64,000 bases of DNA from Limnothrix sp. BL-A-16 (GCA_041937175.2 CP166615.1:704001-768000), one strand, 5' to 3'. Positions 9,816 through 20,525 are shown, counted from the stretch's first letter. Notes: generated by a model from the letters alone, not told the origin. Numbers and translations are program-made.

Positions 9816-11825
9816 CTATTGGGGTGGTAATCCATCGAGCGTAATAATCGATTCCAAAATCGGCTTAGCCGCCGGAGCCGCCACCACCCCACCGGAACCA
9901 CCCGGAGGTTCATCAAAAATCGTCATCACCACATATCGAGGATTTTCAACGGGAAAAATGCTGACAAAACTAGCAATCACAGCCCCGCGCCGATAGCCGC
10001 CCCGTTCATCTTGTTTTTGGGAAGTGCCGGTTTTGCCCGCAATCCGATAACCCGGAATTTGGGCCCGTTTGCCCGTGCCCTGAGACACCACGGTTTCCAT
10101 CATTTTCAGCACCTCGCGGGTGGTGGCAGCAGAAAAAACGGGAATCGGTTCCGGGTGGGCCGGTTCCCAATAGGGTTGCCCCTCAACAGTGCTGAGGCTG
10201 TCCACAATGTGGGGCGTGACGAGCTTTCCCCCATTGGCCAGGGCCGCGATCGCCCGCACCAGTTGTAGCGGTGTGATGGCAACCCCTTGGCCAAATGAGG
10301 TGGTGGCGCGGTCAATTTTGGAGGCTAAAAAAGTTTGACGATCTTTAATTTGTCCAGAAGTTTCAAAGGGCAAATCAACCCCGCTGGTTTGATTAAAACC
10401 CAGGCGCTGTAAGTATTGATAAAACACGCCTGGATCCAAGCGCAAACCAATCCGCACGGTGGCAACATTGCTCGAAGTTTGAATCACTTTGCTCAGATTT
10501 AACTTCCCTAACCTGGCAAAGTTGAAATTGCGAATGATTCGATCGCCCACTTGCACCGAACCATTGTCATCAAAGGTGTCATCCAGACTCAACACCCCCG
10601 AATCCAGCCCCATGGCCATCACCAGCGGCTTGAAGGTTGACCCCGGTTCGTATAAATCCGAAACCACCCAATTTCGGAACCGGGCAACATCTGCCTCTGA
10701 GTAGCGATTGGGATTGTAGTTGGGTTCACAAACCAGGGCCCGAATGGCTCCCGTTTGCGCATCCAGGACGATCGCAGCTCCCTTCTTGGCGCGGCTAGCG
10801 GTCATTTGAGCCTGCACGGCGGCCCGGGCGGCCCGTTGCAATCGCAAGTCAAGGGTTAATTTGAGCTGTAAATCGTCTAAATAGGTCAACTGGTTCAGCC
10901 GATCGTTTTCCAGGCTGCCCAAGCGCGGCAGGGCATAGCCACCGGGGGCCCGCTCCAGGGTCACGGGACTGACCGATCGCGCCAACAGTCGCCCCATGGA
11001 ATATTCCAAACCGGTCTTGCCTTGGCCGTCGAACAGGTTCACATAACCCACAATCTCCGCCGCCATCTCGTTTTGGGGATAGACTCGGCCGGGCCGCTCA
11101 TGCAGTTCCAGCCCATCCAAGGCCGTGCGCCGAATCCGTTGGGCCTGGTCTTCCGTCAGGGACTCATGGAGCCGAATGCCGCTGCGGCCCCGCTCCAATT
11201 TTTGGGCCACCTCCGTCACCGGTTCCTGCAAAATCGAAGCCACCAGGGCCGCCACCACGGATTTGGGCTTGTTGAATAGCTTGGGGTGGGCGTAAAGGGT
11301 GTAGGTGACCCGATCGAGCGCCAGCGCCACCCCGCGCCGATCGACAATGGAGCGGCGAGGCGCAAAGGGTTTGACCGTTACCCGTTGTTGGGCGCGGGCC
11401 CGGCTGGTGAGGGTTTCGCCCTGAACGCCCTGCAACCACACCAACCGCAACAGCAACCCCGCCACGGCCGCCAGCAAAACGCCGCCCACAACCGTCACCC
11501 GTTGGCGGGACGGGTTCACCTGGCGTGGGTCGGGTAACCGGGCGCGAATTTGTCGCCAGGTTTGCTCCCATTTTTGGGTCAGTGAGTCATCCCGATCGGG
11601 CGTTGGCCCTAACCAAGATCGAGGGCGCGATCGAGGGCGCGATCGGGTGCTGGGGCCCGGTTCACCGGAGCGATCGCCCCGTTGCCGAAATGCTTTGACG
11701 TTGAACGCTTCCAAGGGCCAATCGTCTTCTGCCCCTTGCCAATCGGCCGCCGATCCAAAGCTGTGGCGCGATCGCGCATCCCGATCGCCCGAGGCAGCAT
11801 CTTCAGCGGGGTCAAACCGACTCAT
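9816..11825 (-). CDS. ftsI: Class B penicillin-binding protein, FtsI/PBP3-like
   Basis: N-terminal TM; EPGSTFK (SxxK), SSN (SxN) and KTGT motifs; start uncertain. Confidence 0.85.
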   Translation of the reverse strand: MSRFDPAEDAASGDRDARSRHSFGSAADWQGAEDDWPLEAFNVKAFRQRGDRSGEPGPSTRSRPRSRPRSWLGPTPDRDDSLTQKWEQTWRQIRARLPDPRQVNPSRQRVTVVGGVLLAAVAGLLLRLVWLQGVQGETLTSRARAQQRVTVKPFAPRRSIVDRRGVALALDRVTYTLYAHPKLFNKPKSVVAALVASILQEPVTEVAQKLERGRSGIRLHESLTEDQAQRIRRTALDGLELHERPGRVYPQNEMAAEIVGYVNLFDGQGKTGLEYSMGRLLARSVSPVTLERAPGGYALPRLGSLENDRLNQLTYLDDLQLKLTLDLRLQRAARAAVQAQMTASRAKKGAAIVLDAQTGAIRALVCEPNYNPNRYSEADVARFRNWVVSDLYEPGSTFKPLVMAMGLDSGVLSLDDTFDDNGSVQVGDRIIRNFNFARLGKLNLSKVIQTSSNVATVRIGLRLDPGVFYQYLQRLGFNQTSGVDLPFETSGQIKDRQTFLASKIDRATTSFGQGVAITPLQLVRAIAALANGGKLVTPHIVDSLSTVEGQPYWEPAHPEPIPVFSAATTREVLKMMETVVSQGTGKRAQIPGYRIAGKTGTSQKQDERGGYRRGAVIASFVSIFPVENPRYVVMTIFDEPPGGSGGVVAAPAAKPILESIITLDGLPPQ

Positions 11826-12010
11826 GGGCAGGCACAATCAATCGCAAGCGGTAACAGATCAAATCTTAAGGGGCGGTGGAGCGTTTGTGTGGGGAATAAA
11901 TCGATAAAATAGCCTCGTCCCTGTGGTCTCAAAGCTTCTGGGCTGTTTCTTTCCCCAATTTCGTTCCCCAAGCGATCAATACTTCATTTTTTGAAAGGTG
12001 CAAGGTGTTT

Positions 12011-12949
12011 ATGCGTGTTTTAGTGATGGGTGGAACGCGGTTTATTGGCGTTTATTTGACCCGATTATTGGTGGAAAAAGGTCATGAAGTCACCCTATTG
12101 AATCGTGGTCGTAAGCCCTCACCCGTGGAAGGTCTGGAAGTCATTCAGTGCGATCGCACCCAAGGCGATGAATTGAAATCGAAACTAGCCCATCGGCACT
12201 TTGAATGGGTGTTTGATAATAACGGTCGTGAACTCAGCGACACGCAACCGCTGGTGGAAGTGTTGCGCGGCAAAACCGAGCATTTTCTTTACATGAGTTC
12301 GGCTGGTGTTTACCTGAAAACTGACCAATTGCCCCACTGCGAAGCAGACCCCGTTGATCCCAAAAGTCGCCACAAGGGCAAACATGAAACGGAAAGTTAT
12401 TTAGCCCACCACGACGAACCCTTCACATCGTTTCGACCAACCTATATCTACGGGCCCCTGAATTACAATCCGTTGGAATCTTGGTTTTTTGATCGGATTG
12501 TGCGCGATCGCCCCATTCCCATTCCCGGCAACGGATTACACATCACCCAACTGGGCCATGTGGCTGATTTGGCCAGCGCCATGGTGGCGGCGGCGGGTAA
12601 CTCCAAAACCATCGGCAAAATCTACAACATTTCGGGCGATCGCTACGTCACCTTCGATGGTTTGGCGCGAGCCTGTGCGTTGGCGGCCGGTAAAGATCCG
12701 GAGCAATTGCAACTGATTCATTACGATCCCAAGCAATTTGATTTCGGTAAGCGGAAAGCTTTCCCGATGCGCGTTCAGCATTTCTTTGCCAGCAATCAAC
12801 AAGCAAAACAGGATTTGGGTTGGCAACCTGCCTACGATTTGGTTTCTGGGTTGCGAGATGCGTTTGAAAATGATTACTTACTGTCGGGAGCCGATCGCGC
12901 GGAAGTGGACTTTTCAACGGATGAAGAAATCCTGACAGCCTTGGCTTAA
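12011..12949 (+). CDS. NAD-dependent epimerase/dehydratase-fold protein, CSP41-like RNA-binding
   Basis: MGGTRFIG, YMSSAGVY, RPTYIYGP and KAFPMRVQHFFAS typical of the CSP41 family. Confidence 0.85.
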   Translation: MRVLVMGGTRFIGVYLTRLLVEKGHEVTLLNRGRKPSPVEGLEVIQCDRTQGDELKSKLAHRHFEWVFDNNGRELSDTQPLVEVLRGKTEHFLYMSSAGVYLKTDQLPHCEADPVDPKSRHKGKHETESYLAHHDEPFTSFRPTYIYGPLNYNPLESWFFDRIVRDRPIPIPGNGLHITQLGHVADLASAMVAAAGNSKTIGKIYNISGDRYVTFDGLARACALAAGKDPEQLQLIHYDPKQFDFGKRKAFPMRVQHFFASNQQAKQDLGWQPAYDLVSGLRDAFENDYLLSGADRAEVDFSTDEEILTALA

Positions 12950-13131
12950 ATCTGTCGAAAACTCTTGCGAAATCGTGAGGGGCAAGGGGCTTAAGCCCCT
13001 TGTCTGGTTGTGTTGAGAATGTCCACTAATGAAGAAATCCTGACAGCCTTGGCTTAAATCTGTCGAAAACTCTCGCGAAATCGTGAGGGGCAAGGGGCTT
13101 AAGCCCCTTGTCTGGTTGTGTTGAGAATGTC
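12921..13131. repeat. 108-bp tandem duplication containing the epimerase 3' end and the palindrome
   Basis: ATGAAGAAATCCTGACAGCCTTGGCTTAAATCTG...GTTGAGAATGTC at 12921 and 13029, near-identical. Confidence 0.95.
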
Positions 13132-13143
13132 TATGAATTTTGA

Positions 13144-14631
13144 TTAGGGTCGAGAGCGACCTGTGAGCAAAAATCCGAGGCGAATGATGCAGGTGACGAT
13201 GACGCAAACCAGCCCGATCGCCCCGGCCAACATAATCAATTCCAACAGGGCTAACCCGTTTCGCAACAGAGGAATCAGGCTGACCACCCCGATCGTAATC
13301 ACCGGCAACAGCAACAAATCCCACCGCTCGATCGTCCGTGACTGTTGCAGCGCCACCAAAATAATCAGCAACCACAGGCCCGGCACGGCCGCCTCAATGC
13401 CGAACAATTGCCCCAAACTTTGCCCAAAGTTCCAAATTAACGTGCCCTGAACACCGGTAAACAGGCTGTGGCTGATCCACTCGCGCGTGCTGAAGGGTGT
13501 GCCCGATCGGGCCTTGCCCTTGCTGGGTTTTGGGGAGGTGGCGGGTTGCGGTTGGGCTGAAGCTGGCGGATGGGGCGCAAGGGGGGCGGGGCCGGCGGCC
13601 ACGGGCTGAGAGGTGCTGAGTTTGGGGGGTGCGCTCAAAATTTGCAAACTGGGCTGGCCCGCGCCGGGATTCACCAACGGCAAAATGGTCACCTGATCAA
13701 GCCGCGCCAGCACCTCTTGGGCCGAGCTGAACCGTTGATTGGGCGTGAGCTGCACCAGCCGATCGAGCACCACGGCCAACTCATCGCTCACCGTCACCCC
13801 CGATCGCCAGCGCCATTGGCCCTGAAACGAGTCATAAAGGGTTTCAGGGGCTTGCCCCGTTAACAACACCAGGCAAGTAACCCCCAGGCTATAGAGATCC
13901 GTGGATGGAAATACCATCCCGCCGGTTACCTGTTCTGGCGGCGCGAACCCCGTGGAATAGATGCTGGTGGATTGGTTGCTGGATGCTTGGGCCGCCAACC
14001 GCACGGAACCAAAATCTAACAAAAACAGCCGCCCATCCCGCCGCCGCATCAGATTTGAGGGTTTGATGTCTCGATGAATGGCTCCCCGATCGTGAATGAA
14101 ATGCAGCACCTTCAGCACTTCTCGCAACACGATTCGCGTTTCCGCTTCTGAGAAAGGGCCCCGATCCGCTAGCTCTTCTTCCAGATTTTGCCCGTCAATG
14201 AATTCCTGAACAATGTAGAAATAATCCTGCGTGCGATCGCCCGTCGAAGTGGGAACCGTGAGCGGAAAAAAAGCAAACAGATCCGGAATTTGGGGATGTT
14301 CATGGCCCAAAGATTCCAGCACTGCCGCTTCCTTAACAAACAAAGATTGGGCCAGGGCCAGGCGATCGCCCTGAAGATCGGCCGGTGGCAAAAACTGCTT
14401 CACCACACATTTACGGGCTGCGGGGGTATAGCGATCGATAGCCAAATAAGCCGCCCCGAAGCCACCCTGCCCCAACAGGCGAATTGGTAAATAGCGACCC
14501 CCCAAAATTTGCGGCATCCCACAGCGCGAACAAAACTTTTGCCCCACAGACACCAAGGTCTGGGGGTGATCCAAATCAGGAAACTCGTTCCGGGGGCGAT
14601 CGCACCCCGGCCTTGTGCAGTAAACCTCCAT
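13144..14631 (-). CDS. Hanks-type Ser/Thr kinase with N-terminal 4-Cys zinc ribbon and C-terminal TM helices
   Basis: YCTRPGC...FCSRCG; LGQGGFG, HRDIKPSN, DFG and PPEQ; start moved to ATG 14631. Confidence 0.92.
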   Translation of the reverse strand: MEVYCTRPGCDRPRNEFPDLDHPQTLVSVGQKFCSRCGMPQILGGRYLPIRLLGQGGFGAAYLAIDRYTPAARKCVVKQFLPPADLQGDRLALAQSLFVKEAAVLESLGHEHPQIPDLFAFFPLTVPTSTGDRTQDYFYIVQEFIDGQNLEEELADRGPFSEAETRIVLREVLKVLHFIHDRGAIHRDIKPSNLMRRRDGRLFLLDFGSVRLAAQASSNQSTSIYSTGFAPPEQVTGGMVFPSTDLYSLGVTCLVLLTGQAPETLYDSFQGQWRWRSGVTVSDELAVVLDRLVQLTPNQRFSSAQEVLARLDQVTILPLVNPGAGQPSLQILSAPPKLSTSQPVAAGPAPLAPHPPASAQPQPATSPKPSKGKARSGTPFSTREWISHSLFTGVQGTLIWNFGQSLGQLFGIEAAVPGLWLLIILVALQQSRTIERWDLLLLPVITIGVVSLIPLLRNGLALLELIMLAGAIGLVCVIVTCIIRLGFLLTGRSRP

Positions 14632-14750
14632 GGGGATTGCCTTCGGTCGCTGCCTCCAGTCTAAGCCAGGGCCCGCGACGGCTGGCAATTATTCCCCAGA
14701 AGGTCGATGGTTTTGATTTCTGATCAACTTTCTGATCAACCGGTTTCTGA

Positions 14751-14881
14751 GAGGTTGTTTGAAAAGCCAAAATTGCTACTCTCTACGCCCTAGCAATCAA
14801 TGTAGACAAGGGGCTTAAGCCCCTTGCCCCCAAGACCATTAGTGCTTGGCCCATGCCAAAAGATACTTTTCAAACATCCTC
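14751..14881. mobile_element. MITE-A, 131 bp, uninterrupted copy
   Basis: TIR GAGGTTGTTTGAAAAG / CTTTTCAAACATCCTC; TGA direct repeat on both sides; central palindrome at about 14807-14826. Confidence 0.9.
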
Positions 14882-14954
14882 TGATCAAAATTTTGAAATT
14901 GGTTTCCGATTGGGTTGCCTATTGTTTTTTGATCACTTGTTTTCTAAAAATCGG

Positions 14955-15089
14955 TTAATCCAAGATTGATTAGTTTGAGATGAATTAATGCCAAATTGCT
15001 TAATCCAAGATTAATTAACCCAAGATTGCTTAATCTAAGATTAATTAGTTTGAGAAGGATTAATGCCAGATTGCTTAATCCAAACTAAT
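14955..15089. repeat. 15-bp period degenerate tandem array (about 9 units, consensus TTAATCCAAGATTGC)
   Basis: TTA recurs every 15 bp from 14955; the ninth unit starts at the LysR stop codon (15075). Confidence 0.85.
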
Positions 15090-16064
15090 CAGCATTTCCG
15101 GTTCCGGAGAGCTAGGAGCGCTCGGGGGCGGTGGATATAAATCGGCCGAGGCAAAATGGGGCAAAATGTCGCGAGTAAAAGCCTCTGCGGCCTTAGAGCG
15201 ATAGCGATTGGGGTTGGTGATCACCTTCAGGATTCGTTCAACCCGAAAGTTTTCAATTTGGCTGCGGTGGAGGTGGCCTAATTGCAGTTCTTTTTCGATC
15301 GCCGCTACGGAGACAAAGGCCGCGCCGAGACCTGCTTGAACTGCGTTTTTAATGGCTTCGATCGAGTTCAATTCCATATCCACCTTGAGGCGGCGGGTGT
15401 CAATTCCCGACTGACTCAAAACCGTATCAATCACTTTGCGGATGGTGGATTGGGAATCAAGCGCAATGAAAGACAACCCGTAGAGGTGTTCCCGATCGAT
15501 CAGGTCGATTTGGGCTAAGGGATGTTGAGGCGGCAAAATCAGCGCCAACTCATCGCGGGCATAGGCCAACACTTCCAAAGACTCTTGCAGCTCGGCCGGC
15601 ACTTCGCCGCCAATGATGGCTAGGTCGATTTGGCCATTCGACACGCTCCAGGAGGTGCGGCGGGTGGAATGCACATGCAACTGCACCCCCACCTCGGGAT
15701 ATTTGTCGTGGAACATGCCAATCATCCGAGGCAGCAGATAAGTCCCGGTGGTTTGGCTGGCCCCCACAATCAGGGTTCCACCTTGGAGGTTTTGCAAATC
15801 TTTGATCGCCCGGCAGGTTTCCTGGCAAAGGGTCAGAATCTTTTCGCCGTAGCTCAGCAGCATGTGGCCTGCTTCGGTTAGTTGGGCCCGGCGACCACCG
15901 CGATCGAACAGGGGCACATCCAATTGGCGCTCTAGGTTTTGTACCTGCAAGCTCACCGCAGGTTGCGAAACATAGAGGCTGTCGGCGGCCCGCTTAAAGC
16001 TACCCTCGGCGGCGATCGCCTTGAGGATGCGGAGTTGGTCAAGCGTGAATGGCAAATCGGACAT
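15075..16064 (-). CDS. ycf30: LysR-family regulator, Ycf30/RbcR-type
   Basis: [74 protein letters not shown]; start moved to 16064. Confidence 0.88.
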   Translation of the reverse strand: MSDLPFTLDQLRILKAIAAEGSFKRAADSLYVSQPAVSLQVQNLERQLDVPLFDRGGRRAQLTEAGHMLLSYGEKILTLCQETCRAIKDLQNLQGGTLIVGASQTTGTYLLPRMIGMFHDKYPEVGVQLHVHSTRRTSWSVSNGQIDLAIIGGEVPAELQESLEVLAYARDELALILPPQHPLAQIDLIDREHLYGLSFIALDSQSTIRKVIDTVLSQSGIDTRRLKVDMELNSIEAIKNAVQAGLGAAFVSVAAIEKELQLGHLHRSQIENFRVERILKVITNPNRYRSKAAEAFTRDILPHFASADLYPPPPSAPSSPEPEMLISLD

Positions 16065-16751
16065 AGACAGTACTACAGCCTGGAGAAAGCCATCGAGTGG
16101 AATGGGATGGACATCGATCGGGAGTTGGCAAAGAAAGCCGTTGCTCCAAGATGTCGTGGCGCGATCGGGCGAAACAGCACAGGGCGAAATAACACGAGGC
16201 GCAACAACACAGGGCGAAACAGCCTTTTGGCGCAAGGTAGCACTGGGAGAGGCCCCCAACGACAACCATCAGGGCCGGCCCAAGTTCACCGACCCAAATT
16301 CACCAACCCACCATCCCAGAGAAAGGGGGCGTGAATTGGGAGGTCACTGGGCGATTGAACCGTCAGCGGTGAACCGAAGGCGATCGAACGGTGACAAATG
16401 ATCATCAACCTAGGATCTCATCTCGACCTAGCCGCACGATCGCCCGTTCTTCATTATTCTGAAGCAGACCCCCACCATTTGATTAAAAACATTTATGAGA
16501 AAATTTCGGTTCCCTGATAGACACAGAATCAATCCCTACGGCGCACCGACCAAAAACCGGTAAATTCCTATCCTGGAGTGCTGAAGCTGGTTACTGTCGT
16601 CTTCAGCTATTTTCGGTTGTCTTCGGCTATTTTTGGCGATTTCCAGCGATTCCTGGCCGCCTCTGGCCATCTTCGGTCGTTTCTAGTTTTGCCCGTTTGG
16701 ATTAACGATCCTCCCTCTGCCCTTACCGCCGATTGCGTGATTGATTGCACC

Positions 16752-17540
16752 ATGATTTCCATTTTCTCCCTTGGATCTATCGGCTCGATCGGGGCAATGA
16801 GTTCCCTTCTGGGTTTGGCCCCTTGGCTCACTCCCGCCTGGTTTCCCGCCAGCCATTGGATCATGCTGGGTCTGTTGGTGGGGTTTGCGGTTTTGCACAG
16901 CGGCCTGGCGGCCCTGCGGATCAAAGGCGAAGCCCTAATTGGTGCGCGGGCTTACCGGGTTTTGTTTGCCTTGGTCAGTTTGCCGGCTGCGGGATTGTTG
17001 ATTACCTACTTTTTCAACCATCGCTACGATGGGATCCAACTTTGGCAACTGCAAGGGGAAACCTGGGTGCAGCCGGTGGTTTGGATTTTGTCGGCCATTT
17101 CGTTTTTGTTCCTTTATCCGGCCACCTTTAACCTGTTGGAAGTGGCCGCTGTGGCCAAGCCTCAGGTTCACCTGTACGAAACGGGCATTATTCGGATCAC
17201 TCGCCATCCCCAGGCGATCGGGCAAATTATTTGGTGTGTGGGCCATGCCCTTTGGTTGGGAACCAGTTTCATGATGGTGACCTGTGCCGGTTTGATTGCC
17301 CATCACCTGTTTGCAATTTGGCACGGGGATCGGCGCTTGTATGGCCGATATGGGGATGCATTCTTAAAAGTCAAGGAACGCACATCAATCATTCCTTTTC
17401 GGGCAGTTTTTGACGGCCGCCAAACCCTTCAGCTTACGGAATTTTTGCGCCCGGCCTATGTGGGGGTCACGGCCTTTGTGTTGGGATTTTGGTGGGCCCA
17501 TCCGACGCTCATTCGGCTAACGGCTAGCGTAAACTGGTAG
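16752..17540 (+). CDS. NnrU-family membrane protein, 15-cis-zeta-carotene isomerase (Z-ISO)-like
   Basis: HSGLAALR, HRYDGIQLW, YPATFNLLEVAAV.KP and TGIIRITRHPQ; start uncertain. Confidence 0.85.
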   Translation: MISIFSLGSIGSIGAMSSLLGLAPWLTPAWFPASHWIMLGLLVGFAVLHSGLAALRIKGEALIGARAYRVLFALVSLPAAGLLITYFFNHRYDGIQLWQLQGETWVQPVVWILSAISFLFLYPATFNLLEVAAVAKPQVHLYETGIIRITRHPQAIGQIIWCVGHALWLGTSFMMVTCAGLIAHHLFAIWHGDRRLYGRYGDAFLKVKERTSIIPFRAVFDGRQTLQLTEFLRPAYVGVTAFVLGFWWAHPTLIRLTASVNW

Positions 17541-17683
17541 GTATCGATCGCCGGGGACAGAAGACATTTCTAGATTGGTTTGCGTGATTAGCCTTCCTGA
17601 AATGTGCCAAATTCCCGGCGATTTTTGATTATTTTCGTTTATTTCTCGTCCAGCGTTTTTTAATATTTCTTTGCCGGTTCATA

Positions 17684-18034
17684 ATGCTAGATACCATGGA
17701 TGACTCCAGCTTCGATCGGGAAGTGCTACAAACGCCCGGTTTGGTGTTGGTGAACTTTTGGGCCCCTTGGTGTGGATTGTGTCGTTTGATTGATCCCCTC
17801 CTGAATAAGCTGCGATCGGACTGGGGTGAGTCGGTCAAGTTGGTTAATGTCAATGCAGACAGCAATCTGAGATTAGCCAATTCCTATCGCCTCACCACCC
17901 TGCCGACGGTGATTTTATTTCAGGATGGAAAACCAATTTTTCGGCTCGATCGCTTTGAAGGCAAAGAAGAGTTTTTGCGCCACCTAAACCGTGCTGTGAA
18001 TCAAGTGGAATTGTCTCGATCGCTTACGTCCTGA
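17684..18034 (+). CDS. trxC: Thioredoxin, cyanobacterial TrxC type
   Basis: Atypical WCGLC active site in a thioredoxin fold. Confidence 0.85.
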   Translation: MLDTMDDSSFDREVLQTPGLVLVNFWAPWCGLCRLIDPLLNKLRSDWGESVKLVNVNADSNLRLANSYRLTTLPTVILFQDGKPIFRLDRFEGKEEFLRHLNRAVNQVELSRSLTS

Positions 18035-18071
18035 GCAGTTTCCAAGCCGCCGTCGGTTCAAAGCCCCCTAA

Positions 18072-18347
18072 GAGGATGTCTGAAAAGCCAAAATCGATAC
18101 TCTGCACGCCTCATCGATCGACGGAGACAAGGGGCTTAGGGCCTGTCGTCATTATTTCGAGGTGATGCTGAAACAGTTGATCTTCCATGCCCTAGTCGTC
18201 GCAACAAGGGGCTTAAGCCCCTTGTCCCCCACGATCCGCTAACGGCAGAATCAGGGTTTCAGGCGATTTGACGACAGGCCCTAAGTCCCTTGCCCCCACG
18301 ACTATTGGTGCATTGCCCGTGCCAAAAGACACTTTTCAGACATCCTC
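18072..18347. mobile_element. MITE-A carrying a nested MITE-B
   Basis: Perfect TIR GAGGATGTCTGAAAAG / CTTTTCAGACATCCTC; TAA direct repeats; 276 bp minus insert (143+2) = 131 bp. Confidence 0.92.
18139..18281. mobile_element. MITE-B, 143 bp
   Basis: TIR GGGCCTGTCGTCA / TGACGACAGGCCC; TA duplicated; has its own central palindrome at about 18205. Confidence 0.92.
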
Positions 18348-18458
18348 TAAAATCGCCGATTGTGCCCTGGCCGACTTGATTGGCGACTTGCGCGATCGGG
18401 GTGGGTCTGCTTTGCTGTTGGCGAACTCAATCCCGCATCAGTCTTTTACTGCCATTTT

Positions 18459-19604
18459 ATGGATTGGTATCGCGTCCTTCGTCCGTTGGTATTTTCGCCC
18501 TTGGCTCCTAGCCCCGAACGGGCCCACGACCAGGCCATGGAGTTGTTGCAGGGGTTGGCTCAGTTGCGGCGATCGGCCACGGGGCGATCGATGCTGGCCA
18601 ACCTGCGCCATTGGTTCACTGTCCAAACACCGGAACTGAGTCAAACCCTCTGGGGCTTGAAGTTCGAGAACCCCGTGGGTCTGGCGGCTGGCTTTGACAA
18701 AGATGGGGTAGCCGCCGGGGCTTGGGAGCAATTGGGGTTTGGTTTTGCGGAGTTGGGCACGGTGACGCTCCATTCCCAGCCGGGCAACCCGCAGCCTCGG
18801 CTATTTCGCCTGCTGCCCGATCGCGCCGTCCTGAACCGGATGGGATTCAATAACCAAGGGGCTGCGGCGCTGGCTGAACGGCTGGCCGCCCTTCGTCCTT
18901 CCCCCTGGGAAAATCCCAACATCCCGATCGGGGTCAACCTGGGTAAGTCCAAAATCACCGAATTGGAAGGGGCCGCCGCCGACTATTTGGGCAGCTTCCG
19001 GCTACTGAAGAACTGGGGCGATTATTTTGTGGTGAATGTGTCTTCGCCCAACACACCCGGCCTGCGATCGCTCCAGGATGCCGATCGACTTGGGGAAATT
19101 TTGGACAGCCTTCAGCAAGACAACCAAGGCCAGAAGCCCCTGTTGGTGAAAATTGCGCCGGATTTGGAATGGAGCGCGATCGATGACGTAGTTGGCCTGG
19201 CCCAGCGCTTTGGCCTAGCGGGGGTGATTGCCACCAACACCACCATCCGCCGCGACCAACTCCAAACCAAAACCCTGAAGCAGACGGGCAACCCGGTCAC
19301 CGCCGAAGCCGGGGGCATTAGTGGCCAACCCCTGCGCGATCGAGCCACGGAAGTCATTCACCATATCTATCGTCAAACCGCCGGCCAACTGCCCATCATT
19401 GGCGTGGGGGGAATTTTCAGCGCCGAGGATGCCTGGGACAAAATTGCCGCCGGGGCCAGCCTCGTGCAGGTCTACACCGGCTTTGTCTACGAGGGGCCAG
19501 GATTGCCCCGCCGCATTGCTGAGGGCTTGGCGGCCAAGCTGGCGGAGCGTGGCTGGTCATCCATTACCCAGGCGATCGGCTGTCACCATGGCTCCTTGGA
19601 TTGA
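18459..19604 (+). CDS. pyrD: Quinone-dependent dihydroorotate dehydrogenase
   Basis: NPVGLAAGFDK, QPGNPQPRLFRL, NRMGFNN, VNVSSPNTPGLR and GGISG; start moved to ATG 18459. Confidence 0.96.
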   Translation: MDWYRVLRPLVFSPLAPSPERAHDQAMELLQGLAQLRRSATGRSMLANLRHWFTVQTPELSQTLWGLKFENPVGLAAGFDKDGVAAGAWEQLGFGFAELGTVTLHSQPGNPQPRLFRLLPDRAVLNRMGFNNQGAAALAERLAALRPSPWENPNIPIGVNLGKSKITELEGAAADYLGSFRLLKNWGDYFVVNVSSPNTPGLRSLQDADRLGEILDSLQQDNQGQKPLLVKIAPDLEWSAIDDVVGLAQRFGLAGVIATNTTIRRDQLQTKTLKQTGNPVTAEAGGISGQPLRDRATEVIHHIYRQTAGQLPIIGVGGIFSAEDAWDKIAAGASLVQVYTGFVYEGPGLPRRIAEGLAAKLAERGWSSITQAIGCHHGSLD

Positions 19605-19751
19605 TCGGCTCGATCGATTTGATCGAATCGATCGATTCAATCAATTTGGTCAGATCGAATCGGGCAAAGGAAATTGGTCAAAACCATCACCGTTGCTACG
19701 GGAGAGCGATAGAATTCAACCTGTAAAACCCCTTTCATGAGTTTTTGACCA

Positions 19752-20144
19752 ATGAAAGCTTGGATGAAATCGATCGCCCGTCGCGCTAGCCTGCTGGTGG
19801 CTGCCGTCGTTCTGTTTGCCGGTGTGTTGTTCGCCGTGGCCCCCAGCGCCCTGGCCGAAACCCGCAGCGTGGAAATGACCAACCTGTTGAAGTTCTCCCC
19901 CGAAACCGTGACCGCCAAGGCTGGCGACACGATCGTCTGGTCGAACCCCGCTGGTTTGCCCCACAACGTGGTGTTGGAAGATGCCTCGAAGTTTGACGCG
20001 GCTGAAGTGAAGAAACTGGGCCAACTGCTGGGCAAAGGCGAAGCTGGCTTCACCCTGCCGAGCGACCTGCCTGCTGGCACCTACAACTACTACTGCGCAC
20101 CTCACCGGGGCGCTGGCATGGCTGGCAAGATTGTGGTTCAGTAA
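19752..20144 (+). CDS. petE: Plastocyanin precursor
   Basis: Signal peptide ending ALA; Cu ligands in PHNVV and YYCAPHRGAGM. Confidence 0.92.
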   Translation: MKAWMKSIARRASLLVAAVVLFAGVLFAVAPSALAETRSVEMTNLLKFSPETVTAKAGDTIVWSNPAGLPHNVVLEDASKFDAAEVKKLGQLLGKGEAGFTLPSDLPAGTYNYYCAPHRGAGMAGKIVVQ

Positions 20145-20525
20145 CCACCGGCTCATTCATGAGGCTCACGACATTGGCTGACTACAGGTTGTGGCAAGCC
20201 GGGTAGACCAAAAAATTGCGATCGAGCGATCGTGGAAAACGCGATCACTGGCATAGCTCCTCAAGGGCTAATACCACGCTCAAAATCGCTAAAACTGACA
20301 GGATGATTGGGATCTAGGCTGATGGACTAGGAGCGACCTGGCTCCATCACTTGACAGGCTTTCGGTTGACAAGTTCTTGATTGATAGGTTTTTAATTCAC
20401 GAGGTTTCGGTTTTTTAGATCAGCTTAAGTTGGCTTCAGTCGGCTTTAGGTCAGCTTTAAATCAGCATTGTTTTTCCTTGCTTGAGACCAGTATTAATGC
20501 ATTTGAAGATCGGCGCGCAAATCAA

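Noticed and set aside
15075..18034. ycf30 / Z-ISO / trxC cluster as a new system
   Set aside because: As I recall, this is a common cyanobacterial arrangement of known gene families.
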